Assembly: GCA_934481515.1 (NCBI GenBank)
Contig: CAKSPO010000003.1
Coordinates: 4,250 to 68,249, forward strand
Reading direction: 5' to 3'
Length of the DNA stretch: 64,000 bases
Origin: an uncultured Eubacteriales bacterium
GTDB lineage: Bacteria; Bacillota; Clostridia; Oscillospirales; CAG-272
The translations under genes and the position numbers were made by a program. Positions 35,578 to 45,337 of the stretch are shown in pieces. The notes beneath the pieces were generated by a model. It worked only from the letters and a program-made list of their open reading frames with translations, did no database searches and was not told where the DNA came from. Positions within the stretch are counted from its first letter, which is position 1, and each line of letters starts with the position of its first letter.

Positions 35578-36858
35578 TTATTTTACATAGTCAAATTCAA
35601 AGTCATAGATAGAAACCGTATGCCCATCCCGGCAGCCTTTTGCCTCCAATGCTTCAAAAACGCCGCTCTTTTGCAACACGCGCTGGAAGAAATTCAGGGA
35701 TTCATAGTCGTCAAAGTTGATCTGTCCCATCAGATTTTTCAGCCATTCGCCTTCCACATAGAAGGTATCGTTTTCCCGGCGAATGATTGTTTCCTTTCCG
35801 CTTCCGGCAAAGGTATCTTCCGGCACTGTTTCCGCTTCGTAAATCTTCATCGGCGGGAGCTGTTTCAGCTTTTCGTCCACCAGCCGGATCATAGCGTCCA
35901 CGCCCTCTCCGGTGGCGGCGGAAATATACAGGAGGTTCCACCCGTTTTTTCGCACAAAGGATTCAAAAGCGGGAATGTCTACGACCTCCCGATCCAGAGC
36001 ATCGCATTTGTTTGCAAGAATGATCTGCGGGCGGGAGGCAAGCTCCTCGCTGTAGCGCGCCAACTCCCGGTTAATCTTCTGAATGTCCTCTATCGGATTC
36101 CGCCCCTCAAAACAGGAGATGTCCACCACGTGCAAAAGCAATCGGCAACGGTCGATGTGGCGGAGAAATTCGTGACCGAGTCCGGCTCCGTCTGCCGCGC
36201 CTTCAATCAGCCCCGGAATGTCGGCGGCGACAAATCCGCTGCCCTCTCCCGTCCGGACGACGCCGAGGTTCGGAGAAAGCGTTGTAAAGTGGTAGTCGGC
36301 GATTTTGGGCTTTGCAGAAGAGATGCGGGCGAGCAGAGAGGATTTTCCGACACTCGGATATCCGATGATGCCGACATCCGCCAGCATTTTCAGTTCCAGA
36401 AGCACTTCCTTTTCCTCGCCCTCCGTGCCGTTTTTTGCGAACATCGGAACCTGTCGGGTCGGTGTGGCAAAATGACGGTTTCCGAAGCCGCCGCGACCGC
36501 CGCGGCAGGCGATATAGTCGGCTCCGTCGTTCTCGGACATATCGTGGAGAATCCGATTGGTTTCCGCATCTCGGATCAATGTTCCGGGGGGAACCGGAAT
36601 GACAAGGTCGGGCGCCGTTGCGCCGTGAAATTTTGCGCCGCTTCCGTCGCCGCCGCGTGCCGCCGCAAATTTGCGCTTGTAGCGGAAGGCGAGAAGGGTA
36701 TTGGAGCCGGGATCCACCCGGAATACAATATTTCCGCCGTGACCGCCGTCGCCGCCGTCGGGACCTCCTGCGGCAACGTACTTTTCCCGGCGGAAGGAGA
36801 CGGCACCGTTTCCGCCGTCTCCTGCTTTGATATGAATTTTTACGTGATCAATAAACAT
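35578..36858 (-). CDS. obg: GTPase Obg/CgtA
   Basis: It has the N-terminal glycine-rich fold MFIDHVKIHIKAGDGGNGAVSFRREKY, G1 GYPSVGKSS, and a C-terminal TGS-like/OCT domain. Confidence 0.97.
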   Translation of the reverse strand: MFIDHVKIHIKAGDGGNGAVSFRREKYVAAGGPDGGDGGHGGNIVFRVDPGSNTLLAFRYKRKFAAARGGDGSGAKFHGATAPDLVIPVPPGTLIRDAETNRILHDMSENDGADYIACRGGRGGFGNRHFATPTRQVPMFAKNGTEGEEKEVLLELKMLADVGIIGYPSVGKSSLLARISSAKPKIADYHFTTLSPNLGVVRTGEGSGFVAADIPGLIEGAADGAGLGHEFLRHIDRCRLLLHVVDISCFEGRNPIEDIQKINRELARYSEELASRPQIILANKCDALDREVVDIPAFESFVRKNGWNLLYISAATGEGVDAMIRLVDEKLKQLPPMKIYEAETVPEDTFAGSGKETIIRRENDTFYVEGEWLKNLMGQINFDDYESLNFFQRVLQKSGVFEALEAKGCRDGHTVSIYDFEFDYVK

Positions 36859-36914
36859 CCGAATACCTCCGATCCGACCGCCGGAATTTTGAGAAAAGCA
36901 ACGCCGTGATTGCG

Positions 36915-38249
36915 TTAAGGGGTTGCGTCGTCTCCCTTCATGCGGATAATCAGTTTGATGGGCGTTCCGGAAAACCCGAAGGTTTCCCGGAGACAGTTTT
37001 CAATAAATCTTTGATAAGAAAAATGGAACAGCTCCACGTTGTTGCAGAAAATCACAAATGTCGGAGGAGCCACTCCGATCTGTGTCATATAGTAAATTTT
37101 CAGACGGCGCCCCTTGTCGGACGGAGGCTGAACCCGGATCATCGCGTCGCCAAGCACATCATTCAGCATTCCGGTTGTTACCCGCATGACGGACTGCCCG
37201 TAGACGTAGGCAATGCGCTCAAACAGGGTGGAGACCCGCTGACCGGTCTTTGCCGAGAGATAGAGGATCGGAGCATAGGGCATGTAAGCCAGTGCGGTTC
37301 GGATCCTGTTGTTGAACTCATTGACCGTGGAATTGTCCTTTTCGATCAGATCCCACTTGTTGACCACGATAATCACCGCTTTTCCGGCGTCGTGCGCGAT
37401 GCCGGCGATTTTAGTATCCTGGTCGGTGATTCCGGTGGAAGCGTCGATCATCAAAAGACACACATCCGCGCGTTCCACTGCCATGTGCGCGCGGAGCACG
37501 CTGAAATGCTCAATCTTGTCGTCAATTTTCGACTGTCGGCGGATTCCGGCTGTATCAATGAAGGTGAACTTTCCGTATTCGTTTTCCAGTTGTGTGTCCA
37601 CGGCATCCCGCGTGGTTCCGGCGATGTCGGAAACGATCAGGCGATCCTCACCGATCAGGCGATTGATGATGGAGGATTTTCCGGCATTCGGCTTTCCGAT
37701 CACGGCGACATGAATGCTGTCGTCATCCTCATCTCCGTCCTGCCAGTCGGTAAGCTGTTCCATGCAGGCATCCAAAAGGTCGCCGGAGCCGCTTCCGTGA
37801 ATGCTGGAAACGCCGATAGGATCCTCGGAAAAACCAAGCTCATAAAATTCGTAAAATTCTGCCGGAGGTTCTCCGATGCGGTCACATTTGTTGACGCAGG
37901 GGATGACCGGTTTTCCGCTTTTTTTCAGCATGACGGCAATTTCCCGGTCGTCGGCGGTCAACCCAGTCCGGACATCGCACATGAAAATAATCACGTCGGC
38001 GGTGTCAATGGCAATCTGCGCCTGCAGGCGCATCTGACGCAGAATCACGTCATTCGTTTTCGGCTCAATGCCGCCGGTGTCAATCAGCACCAGCTTTTTG
38101 CCGCGCCATTCGGTTTCGCCGTAAATCCGGTCGCGGGTGACGCCCGGCGTGTCCTCCACAATGGAGCGGCGCTCTCCGATCAGTTTATTGAAAAGGGTGC
38201 TTTTGCCGACATTCGGGCGGCCGACAATGGCAATCACAGGTTTTGACAT
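36915..38249 (-). CDS. der: Ribosome-associated GTPase Der/EngA (tandem G domains + KH-like)
   Basis: The start is MSKPVIAIVGRPNVGKSTLFN. The second G domain has GKPNAGKSS. Confidence 0.97.
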   Translation of the reverse strand: MSKPVIAIVGRPNVGKSTLFNKLIGERRSIVEDTPGVTRDRIYGETEWRGKKLVLIDTGGIEPKTNDVILRQMRLQAQIAIDTADVIIFMCDVRTGLTADDREIAVMLKKSGKPVIPCVNKCDRIGEPPAEFYEFYELGFSEDPIGVSSIHGSGSGDLLDACMEQLTDWQDGDEDDDSIHVAVIGKPNAGKSSIINRLIGEDRLIVSDIAGTTRDAVDTQLENEYGKFTFIDTAGIRRQSKIDDKIEHFSVLRAHMAVERADVCLLMIDASTGITDQDTKIAGIAHDAGKAVIIVVNKWDLIEKDNSTVNEFNNRIRTALAYMPYAPILYLSAKTGQRVSTLFERIAYVYGQSVMRVTTGMLNDVLGDAMIRVQPPSDKGRRLKIYYMTQIGVAPPTFVIFCNNVELFHFSYQRFIENCLRETFGFSGTPIKLIIRMKGDDATP

Positions 38250-38274
38250 GGTACATCCTTTCTTTATGAAGCGC

Positions 38275-39585
38275 TCAGACCCCCAGAATGTTCCGGACCA
38301 GCTCGGCACCGTCATTGTGCGAGGGGCGAACCGGAACGCTGAGACGCTCGGAAAGCGTCTTTGGGGTCATATCGTCTAAGAAAACATCTCCGTCTGCCCG
38401 GAGCATGACCGCAGGGAAGAGAAGTTCGTCACCGAGCTCCTTTCCAAGGAGCTGTTCGGAAACGTCCTTTCCGGTCAGAAGCCCGGCGACGGTGATGGAC
38501 TCTCCGAAAAAGCGGTTGATGATCCGGTAAACGTGCACCGTCAGTCCGGGAACGCGGGCAGCAAGCGTTTTTGCGAGCTTGCAGATATGGTCGAATGCCG
38601 CGACGCCGGTTGCGATGGAAACGGTGCGGGGCGCGTGAAACTGCGGAAGCCAGTCGTCGAGAAACTCCAGCTCCGCGCAGAATTCGGATTCCAGAGAGGT
38701 CAGCATGCCGACCCCGTTTTCAATCTGGGAGTAGTCCTCGTAATATTCCTCCGGCGGCATCGGAAGCCCGGCGCGGAGATAGAACTCATCCGAGCAATAG
38801 AACAGTCGCGTTCCGTATTTTGCAAGACATTCCTCTCCGACCGCGTTGACCTGCCGGATGACGGCGGCGCAGTCCTCCGGGGTAAACGGTTCCAGCGGAA
38901 AGAGTTTTTCACGGTAGCGCGTCAGTCCGACCGGGACAATGGAGCAGGAGCGCAGTGCCGGATAGTACCCGACCAGATCCCGGAGCGATCTCTCCAGCTC
39001 CGCACCGTCGTTGAGATTCTTGCACAGGACAATCTGTGCACAAAGCGCGATTCCGGCGTCCGCCATCTGCCGCAGATAGGCAAGCACCTCACCCGCGTGC
39101 TTGTTTTTCATCATCCGCACACGAAGCTCCGGGTTTGTGGTATGAACGGAGACGTTCACGGGAGAGATGTGCATGGCGATGATGCGGTCGATGTCTGCCT
39201 GCTTCAGATTGGTGAGGGTCACATAGTTGCCGTGGAGGAACGAAAGCCGGTCGTCATCGTCCTTGAAGTAGAGACTTGCCCGCATTCCGGGAGGCAATTG
39301 GTCGATAAAGCAGAAGACGCAGTGGTTTTCGCAGGAGTGCTTCCGGTCCATCAGCGGCGTTTCAAATTCCAGCCCGATGTCGTCGGCTTCTCCTTTGGTA
39401 AAGCGGACGGAGTAGGGCGCTTCCCCGCAGGACAGCTCCAGAGCAATGCTCTTCTCGGCAAGATAGAACCGGTAGTCCAGGACGTCGTGAATCTCATGAC
39501 CGTTGATGGAGACCAACGTGTCGCCGCCGTGGATTCCGACGGATTCGCCGATGCTTCCCGGCAAAACCGCTAAAATGCGAACCAT
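38275..39585 (-). CDS. PDZ-domain / DUF512-type radical-SAM protein
   Basis: The start is MVRILAVLPGS. It has a CENHCVFC (CxxxCxxC) cluster. It sits directly upstream of der, as is common in Firmicutes. Confidence 0.8.
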   Translation of the reverse strand: MVRILAVLPGSIGESVGIHGGDTLVSINGHEIHDVLDYRFYLAEKSIALELSCGEAPYSVRFTKGEADDIGLEFETPLMDRKHSCENHCVFCFIDQLPPGMRASLYFKDDDDRLSFLHGNYVTLTNLKQADIDRIIAMHISPVNVSVHTTNPELRVRMMKNKHAGEVLAYLRQMADAGIALCAQIVLCKNLNDGAELERSLRDLVGYYPALRSCSIVPVGLTRYREKLFPLEPFTPEDCAAVIRQVNAVGEECLAKYGTRLFYCSDEFYLRAGLPMPPEEYYEDYSQIENGVGMLTSLESEFCAELEFLDDWLPQFHAPRTVSIATGVAAFDHICKLAKTLAARVPGLTVHVYRIINRFFGESITVAGLLTGKDVSEQLLGKELGDELLFPAVMLRADGDVFLDDMTPKTLSERLSVPVRPSHNDGAELVRNILGV

Positions 39586-39747
39586 CTCTCCGCCTCCTTC
39601 CTGCATTCAGAATTCCCTATAACACTTTATTGTACCATAATCAGAGAAAAAAGTCAACGACCGGGAAAAAAATATTCGCCGGGAAGCGAAAACAGAGGGC
39701 ACTTTTGAAGAAAACCCGGGAAAATTCCGGCAAAAGTCTTTTTCCTG

Positions 39748-39800
39748 TTGACATCTTTTGCATTTTATGCTATTATGAAGGTACCTTAATTTAAGGTGCC
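39748..39800 (+). promoter_or_regulatory. Promoter plus candidate MarR operator
   Basis: The promoter is TTGACA (39748-39753), a 17-nt spacer, then TATTAT (39771-39776). It is followed by a 10-1-10 near-perfect palindrome GGTACCTTAA-T-TTAAGGTGCC (39780-39800). Confidence 0.6.
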
Positions 39801-39880
39801 TTATTTTTTGCATATGGTTTCGGACAGTTTTTTCAGGCAATATGGGTTCGGTTTTTTATTGGTCGGGAAGGAGAACGGAT

Positions 39881-40327
39881 ATGACCGAGGAACAATTGAT
39901 GCGGCGTTTCTTGCGTACCGCGGCACACCTGCGGCGCAAACCGGAAAGCGTAGCCGGAGAAGGGGAGAAGCACCAATGCCGACGCGGATACGGATATTTG
40001 CTGGATGCGCTGACGCCGGGGGAAGGAATGAGTCAGCAGGCGCTTGCGGACCGGGTGGAAATCCGGGCACAGTCCGCCTCGGAAGCCGTCGCGGCGATGG
40101 AAGCCGAGGGCTGGGTGGAGAAGCGGCAGGACGAAAAAGACCGCCGGGTGACACTGATCTTCATTACTCCTGCAGGGGAGGAGCACCGCGACAGAATCCA
40201 GAAGGAGCGCCGCCGCCGTGCAAAGCGCTTCTTTGAACCGCTGGACGAGGCAGAGAAAGAGACACTCGGAGGCATTCTGGAAAAGCTGGAGCAAGCCCGC
40301 AGGGCGCGGGAGGAGGAAGAAGGATGA
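39881..40327 (+). CDS. MarR-family transcriptional regulator
   Basis: It has a winged-HTH region LSQQALADRVEIRAQSASEAVAAMEAEGWVEKRQDEKDRRV. Its stop overlaps the next ATG (ATGA). Confidence 0.85.
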   Translation: MTEEQLMRRFLRTAAHLRRKPESVAGEGEKHQCRRGYGYLLDALTPGEGMSQQALADRVEIRAQSASEAVAAMEAEGWVEKRQDEKDRRVTLIFITPAGEEHRDRIQKERRRRAKRFFEPLDEAEKETLGGILEKLEQARRAREEEEG

Positions 40328-42279
40328 ACGGAACGGGAAGGATGCCGCCTCCGCCGCCGGCAGGAAGAGGGTTTGATCCGCAGTATGTGCGTGTGGAGCC
40401 GCCGAAGAATTTCCGGGACATTTTCCGCTTTTTGCGGGAACTGCTCGGCGGTTTTTTCCATCGGTTTGTTTACATTCTGCGTCTGGTCTGGGATACGGGG
40501 CATTGGATTCTGTTTACCATGACGCTGATTGCTCTGTTTGAAGGGGTCACGCCGGTCATCGGCTCCCTGATTTCCAAGAGCATCTTGAACGAGCTGCAGC
40601 GGATGCTGGGAAGCGGAGCACCCTCCGCGACGGATTTTCTGCACTCCGAGGTCTTTTTTCTGCTGATCTTCCTGTTCGTATACCGGATTCTGAAGCGGGT
40701 GGTGCACACCGTCAGCAGCTCCGTCAACCGGATTGCGGGCGAGAAGGTGGTATGTGAGGTCAAACTGCGGATGATGCGCAAGTCCAAGGAGTTGGATCTT
40801 TCCTCCTTTGACCGTCCTGCCTTTTATGAGAAGCTGGAAAACGCCAACCGGGAAGCGGGAAACCGACCGATTCAGATTCTGTCTCAGCTGTTTTCCGTGG
40901 TCAGCAAGAGCATTGAGCTGATCAGCTACGTGGTAATCCTGACCGCGGCACCGTGGATGTGGTGGGCGATTCCGATTCTGATTGCTGTTTCCGTTCCTTC
41001 CGCCGTAATCAATTTCATCTACCGGAAAAAGAACTTTCAGTATGTCCGCCGCCGCTCCAAAGAAAGACGGCAGATGAATTACTACTCCGATCTGCTGGTC
41101 AACAAGGATATGGTCAAGGAGGTACGCGTCTTCGGGCTTGCAGACACCTTTATCGAGCGGTACCGGCAGGTTTTCGGCGGCTACTACAGCGGACTTCGGA
41201 GGCTGATCCGGAATGAGAGCATCTGGAATACGGTCATTGCCGTTGTCTCCAGTGTGGTCAACTGCGGGCTGTTTCTGCTGGTTGCACTTCAGGTGTTTGA
41301 AGGAAAAATTCTGATCGGAGATTATACGCTGTTCACGGGAGCGATTACGGGCATTGCCACCTGCGTGTCCTCCCTCATTTCCACCTCTGCGACGGTCTAC
41401 GAGGGGACGCTTTTCATCGATAATCTGATCTTCTTTATGAACGAAAAAGCGACGGTAACACCTTCCGTTACCCCGCCTGTTCCCGTTGCAAAGGGCGGGG
41501 AGCATACCATCGAGTTTGTGCATGTTTCCTTCCGGTATCCGGACGCGGATCATGATGTCATTCATGATGTCAGTCTGACCTTCCGTCCCGGGGAGACCGT
41601 TGTGCTGGTCGGTCTGAACGGCGCCGGAAAGACCACGCTCATCAAGCTGCTCACCCGTCTCTATGATCCGACAGAAGGGTATATCCTTCTGGACGGAAGG
41701 GATTTGCGGGAATACGATGTCGCACAGCTGTACCGGATTTTCGGAATCATTTTTCAGGATTTCGGAAAATATGCCTGCACGGTGGAGGACAATATCCGCT
41801 TCGGAAACATTGCAAAGAAGCCGGAGCCGGGCGAGATTCGTGCGGCGGCGGAGCAGAGCAATGCCGCAGACGATATCAGCCGGTTGCCGGAGGGCTACCG
41901 GACGCCGTTGATGCGGATCTTTGAACCGGACGGAACCGAGCTTTCCATCGGACAGTGGCAGAAGCTTGCCATCGCCCGCGCGTTTTATGCGGATTCGGAT
42001 ATTCTGATTCTGGATGAGCCGACGGCATCCCTGGATCCGATGGCGGAGCAGGAAATCTTCAACCAGTTTGACCGCCTGCGGAAGGACAAGACCACCATTT
42101 TTGTTTCCCATCGCCTTTCCAGCGCCACGGTGGCAAGCAAGATTGTGGTTCTGGAATACGGAAGCGTCCTGGAGTGCGGTACGCACGCGGAGCTGATGCG
42201 GAAAAAAGGGCGGTACTGTGAACTGTTTTCCACACAGGCGAAACGGTATCTGGAGGAGTCTCCTGTCAGCGAGGATTGA
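40324..42279 (+). CDS. Fused TMD-NBD ABC exporter (MsbA/multidrug type)
   Basis: 651 aa with six N-terminal TM helices. Walker A GLNGAGKTT, signature LSIGQWQK and Walker B ILILDEPT are present. Confidence 0.9.
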   Translation: MNGTGRMPPPPPAGRGFDPQYVRVEPPKNFRDIFRFLRELLGGFFHRFVYILRLVWDTGHWILFTMTLIALFEGVTPVIGSLISKSILNELQRMLGSGAPSATDFLHSEVFFLLIFLFVYRILKRVVHTVSSSVNRIAGEKVVCEVKLRMMRKSKELDLSSFDRPAFYEKLENANREAGNRPIQILSQLFSVVSKSIELISYVVILTAAPWMWWAIPILIAVSVPSAVINFIYRKKNFQYVRRRSKERRQMNYYSDLLVNKDMVKEVRVFGLADTFIERYRQVFGGYYSGLRRLIRNESIWNTVIAVVSSVVNCGLFLLVALQVFEGKILIGDYTLFTGAITGIATCVSSLISTSATVYEGTLFIDNLIFFMNEKATVTPSVTPPVPVAKGGEHTIEFVHVSFRYPDADHDVIHDVSLTFRPGETVVLVGLNGAGKTTLIKLLTRLYDPTEGYILLDGRDLREYDVAQLYRIFGIIFQDFGKYACTVEDNIRFGNIAKKPEPGEIRAAAEQSNAADDISRLPEGYRTPLMRIFEPDGTELSIGQWQKLAIARAFYADSDILILDEPTASLDPMAEQEIFNQFDRLRKDKTTIFVSHRLSSATVASKIVVLEYGSVLECGTHAELMRKKGRYCELFSTQAKRYLEESPVSED

Positions 42280-42291
42280 GCGGGCAGAAAA

Positions 42292-42332
42292 GGAGGTGTG
42301 AAAAAACGCAAAACGGTTTTTTCACACCTCTT
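42292..42332 (+). terminator. Rho-independent terminator after the ABC exporter
   Basis: GAGGTGTGAAAAAAC pairs with GTTTTTTCACACCTC. Confidence 0.75.
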
Positions 42333-42599
42333 CCGGCATCTGACCCGGTGGCAAAGCGTCCAGGCGCGCGTCACTTATGCCGAAAGCCCGGCGGCACTTT
42401 TTGAGGGGCTGAAAAAACGCGATGTTTCTCAGCCCCTCCGGCGACCTTGCCCGTTGCATCCGGCAGAGCGGGGGTTTTTATGCGGTTCTGCCTGTTGCTG
42501 CTTTCTGCGCAGAGCGCGTGCGCCCTTTTGCTCTCCGGGCTTTGGAGAATGCCTCCCGCTTTTGCGGTTTCCGCAACGCATCCGGAAGGCATGGAAAAA

Positions 42600-42944
42600 T
42601 CAGAAGTTTTCCCCGTTCCAGCCCCACACATCACAGCTTTCGTATTTGATATAGATGTGTTCGGGGGAAATTCCCAGTTCCTCTTCAAAAATTTTGCAGA
42701 TGACCTTTGTCATCTTCCCGGCGTTTTCTTCTTCCGCGTGTCCGTACAGCTTGACCTCTACCATTGCAATGGGGAAATTGCTGTAGCCGCGGAACCACAT
42801 CCGGCAGTTGTCGGTGAAGTTCAGCATCAGCCAGTATTCGCTTTTTCCGGGGAAAAGCGAAATGGCGTCCCCCAGGCGGCGTTTGAGTATCTCCTCTTTT
42901 TCCGCCGGGAGCGGACGGTTCAGTCTGGTATCAATGAAAGGCAT
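42600..42944 (-). CDS. Tautomerase-superfamily (MIF-like) protein
   Basis: The start is MPFIDT (Pro-1 after Met removal, GGAGGAA RBS). At 114 aa it has the length and pattern of MIF/phenylpyruvate tautomerase-like proteins. Confidence 0.7.
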   Translation of the reverse strand: MPFIDTRLNRPLPAEKEEILKRRLGDAISLFPGKSEYWLMLNFTDNCRMWFRGYSNFPIAMVEVKLYGHAEEENAGKMTKVICKIFEEELGISPEHIYIKYESCDVWGWNGENF

Positions 42945-43060
42945 GGCGGTTCCTCCGTTTGTAATGAATTTTCCGGATTTGATTGTACCACCTTTTTGCG
43001 GCAAAGTCAACTTTGAACGAAAAAAAACGATAAAAATTTGAAAAAAATCGAAGAGGGATG

Positions 43061-43089
43061 TTGACAATTTTTGATTTTCATGATATGAT
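43061..43089 (+). promoter_or_regulatory. Sigma-A-type promoter
   Basis: TTGACA, a 17-nt spacer, then TATGAT. Confidence 0.6.
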
Positions 43090-43123
43090 TTAGATAAGTA
43101 AAATAATTGCGGAGGAATGAACT

Positions 43124-43690
43124 ATGAAATCCAAGAGAATTCGTCTGACAGCAAAGCTGATTCTTGGAATCGGCGTTGTGGTCGGCTTGCTTGCGTGCGT
43201 TATCGCCCTGCTGCTTTCCATGAACAATCCGTTCGGATTCCCCACAAACTACGTACCCACCACCATGGACTTTGTATGGATCGGTGTGGAGCTTGCCACG
43301 GTGATTCTGGTTTCGATTATTCTTTTCGTGATTGCCAACAGTTGCGAAAAACGGGAAGCTATCCGCGCCTGCTGGAATGCGGCGGAGGAAACCCCGGTTG
43401 ACGAGGAAGAGACCGAGGAAGAGCCTGAAGAGGAGGCTTCCGAGGCAGAGAAAACCGAGGAAGGTGTTGTGGCAGCAGAAGAGGCTCCCAAGACCCGGAT
43501 GCAGATTGTCCGTGAGAAGATCATGGAAAAGACCGGTCTTGATGAGGAGAAGCTGGAGAAGGCAACTAAGATCGGCAAGGTGGCAATTCCCGTTGGCGCG
43601 GCAGTTGCACTGATCGCGATGGGCGCGACCATCAGCTCTTACCGCAAGAAGGCAAGATACCGCCAAAGCTTTTTCCGTTTTCTTGGTTGA
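43124..43690 (+). CDS. Hypothetical membrane protein with acidic linker
   Basis: 188 aa. It has two N-terminal TM helices, a Glu-rich stretch (DEEETEEEPEEEASEAEKTEE) and a C-terminal TM helix. GGAGGA RBS. I recognise no family. Confidence 0.6.
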   Translation: MKSKRIRLTAKLILGIGVVVGLLACVIALLLSMNNPFGFPTNYVPTTMDFVWIGVELATVILVSIILFVIANSCEKREAIRACWNAAEETPVDEEETEEEPEEEASEAEKTEEGVVAAEEAPKTRMQIVREKIMEKTGLDEEKLEKATKIGKVAIPVGAAVALIAMGATISSYRKKARYRQSFFRFLG

Positions 43691-43698
43691 TGACAAAT

Positions 43699-43738
43699 AA
43701 AAGAAAGAGGAGAACCTTGCGGTTCTCCTCTTTCTTTT
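43699..43738. terminator. Bidirectional terminator hairpin
   Basis: AAAAGAAAGAGGAGAACC-TTGC-GGTTCTCCTCTTTCTTTT between convergent genes. Confidence 0.8.
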
Positions 43739-43765
43739 CAAAGGAAATCCGATCGGAATTCCCAT

Positions 43766-44140
43766 TCAGTGCCGCGGCATGCCGCGGCGGCAGTCGGGGC
43801 AGATGTAGTGAACGGTCAGTTCATAGTCAACAATTTCCGATTGCAGAGCTTCCTCCAACTGTGCGGGAAGAGAAGGCAGACGAAAATCTGCGATTTTTCC
43901 GCAACGGTCACACAGCGCATGACTGTGCGGCTCCGTATTTTTGTCGAAGCAGTCCGCAGAGCCGTCAATGTGAATCCGTTTGATGAGTCCCGCATCGTTC
44001 ATTGCGTTCAGATTATTATATACGGTCGCCATTGCGATGGATGGCATTTTCAGCTTTGCAAGGAAGAAAATTTCGTCCGCAGTCAGGTGACGGTCGGATT
44101 GCTTCAGAATATTCATAATCAGTTCCCGTTGCTTTGTCAT
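43766..44140 (-). CDS. Fur-family metalloregulator (Fur/Zur/PerR type not resolvable)
   Basis: 124 aa with an N-terminal wHTH (HLTADEIF...ATVYNNL), HSHALCDRCG and CPDC metal-site motifs. Confidence 0.88.
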   Translation of the reverse strand: MTKQRELIMNILKQSDRHLTADEIFFLAKLKMPSIAMATVYNNLNAMNDAGLIKRIHIDGSADCFDKNTEPHSHALCDRCGKIADFRLPSLPAQLEEALQSEIVDYELTVHYICPDCRRGMPRH

Positions 44141-44183
44141 AAGAACCTCCTGTGCCCGGCAGAATTGCGGATTTTTGAATATA

Positions 44184-44196
44184 TAGAATCATTCTA
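44184..44196. promoter_or_regulatory. Fur-box-like palindrome TAGAAT-C-ATTCTA in the fur/PPTase divergent promoter region
   Basis: It is a perfect 6-1-6 AT-rich inverted repeat 44 nt upstream of the fur-family start. Confidence 0.45.
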
Positions 44197-44309
44197 ATTT
44201 TATTATATAGCAAGAGAAGCGCTTTGTCAACCGCTTCTTGCTCTTTTCCGACTTTTTTTGCGGAAAAGGGGGGAATCTTCGGACAAATTGTGAAAAGGGA
44301 GGATGCGCC

Positions 44310-44963
44310 ATGATTGTTCTCTACGGAATCCGGACGGAAGCTTTGCCGGAGGCGGAATATTTGAAGGCTTGGATCGGACCGGAATGGTTGTCGGTGTGGC
44401 AGGAAAGGCATCCGAAACTGCAGCGGGAAGCATCCGTAAAGCAAAGCCTTGGAGCGCTGTCCCTTTTGCGCTGTTTTGGCAGAGGGGGTGCTTTGTCTTA
44501 TGAGCGGAGCGGTCGCCCGTGTCTTGACGGTTCTCCCGGGGGGTTCAGTCTTGCTCATACCGACAGCCACTGCTTTTGTGCGGTTTCCGGGGACGATCTC
44601 TGCGTCGGCGTGGATGCCGAAGATGTTTGCGGGCGGGAACCGGACAGGCTGAATGCGATCGGCAACCGCTGGTTTGCGGCAGGAGAAAAGGGGCTTTTTG
44701 CGGAAAAACCGGTGGAGGAGCGCTTTTTGGAAATCTGGACGCGCAAGGAGGCGCTTTCCAAGTATCTCGGAACCGGAATTGCCGCGGCATACCGCGAAGA
44801 CACTGTCCGGCTGGCAGCAGAGAAGCGGTTGTATTTTCAGACCATCCGAAAAGATCAAACCGTGATTTCGGTCTGTACGTCGGAACCGTCGGAAGCCGGA
44901 GATGTCCTTGTGCGTGAGCTTTCGGTTTTTTCGGAGCTACGGCTTCCGGAATGCATAGACTGA
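44310..44963 (+). CDS. Sfp-type 4'-phosphopantetheinyl transferase
   Basis: The start is MIVLYGIRTE (GGGAGG RBS). It has the GVDAEDV and WTRKEALSKYLG motifs. Confidence 0.8.
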   Translation: MIVLYGIRTEALPEAEYLKAWIGPEWLSVWQERHPKLQREASVKQSLGALSLLRCFGRGGALSYERSGRPCLDGSPGGFSLAHTDSHCFCAVSGDDLCVGVDAEDVCGREPDRLNAIGNRWFAAGEKGLFAEKPVEERFLEIWTRKEALSKYLGTGIAAAYREDTVRLAAEKRLYFQTIRKDQTVISVCTSEPSEAGDVLVRELSVFSELRLPECID

Positions 44964-45190
44964 ATGCAGAGGAGGAGCGGGGGTGCCCGCGTTCCCTTTC
45001 TGTAGTGGGAGCGGGTTCCGTTGTCCCGGCAGTGACGGGGAGCGCAGGGGGATCGGTTTTGTGTGGATTTCGGTGGGTAAGGTGCTGGAAAAGGCGGAAT
45101 TTTACGGAAAAACAGGTAGAATTGTGTTACAAAATTGCAGATAAATCTTGTCGGATTTGTGAGGCATGTGTGAATTTCCGCTTCCTTGGG

Positions 45191-45219
45191 TTGACTTTGA
45201 AAGGGAAGTATGGTAAGAT
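45191..45219 (+). promoter_or_regulatory. Sigma-A-type promoter of the large surface-protein gene
   Basis: TTGACT, a 17-nt spacer, then TAAGAT. Confidence 0.55.
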
Positions 45220-45337
45220 AACGAAAAAGGATTTTTGAATTTTCGGAGCCGGTATGGGCTTTCTGACGTTGCCGCTCCGAGAGGAAATTTTGGAAAATCC
45301 GGAGCGAATCCGGGAATAAAAAAACGGAGGGATTGGC

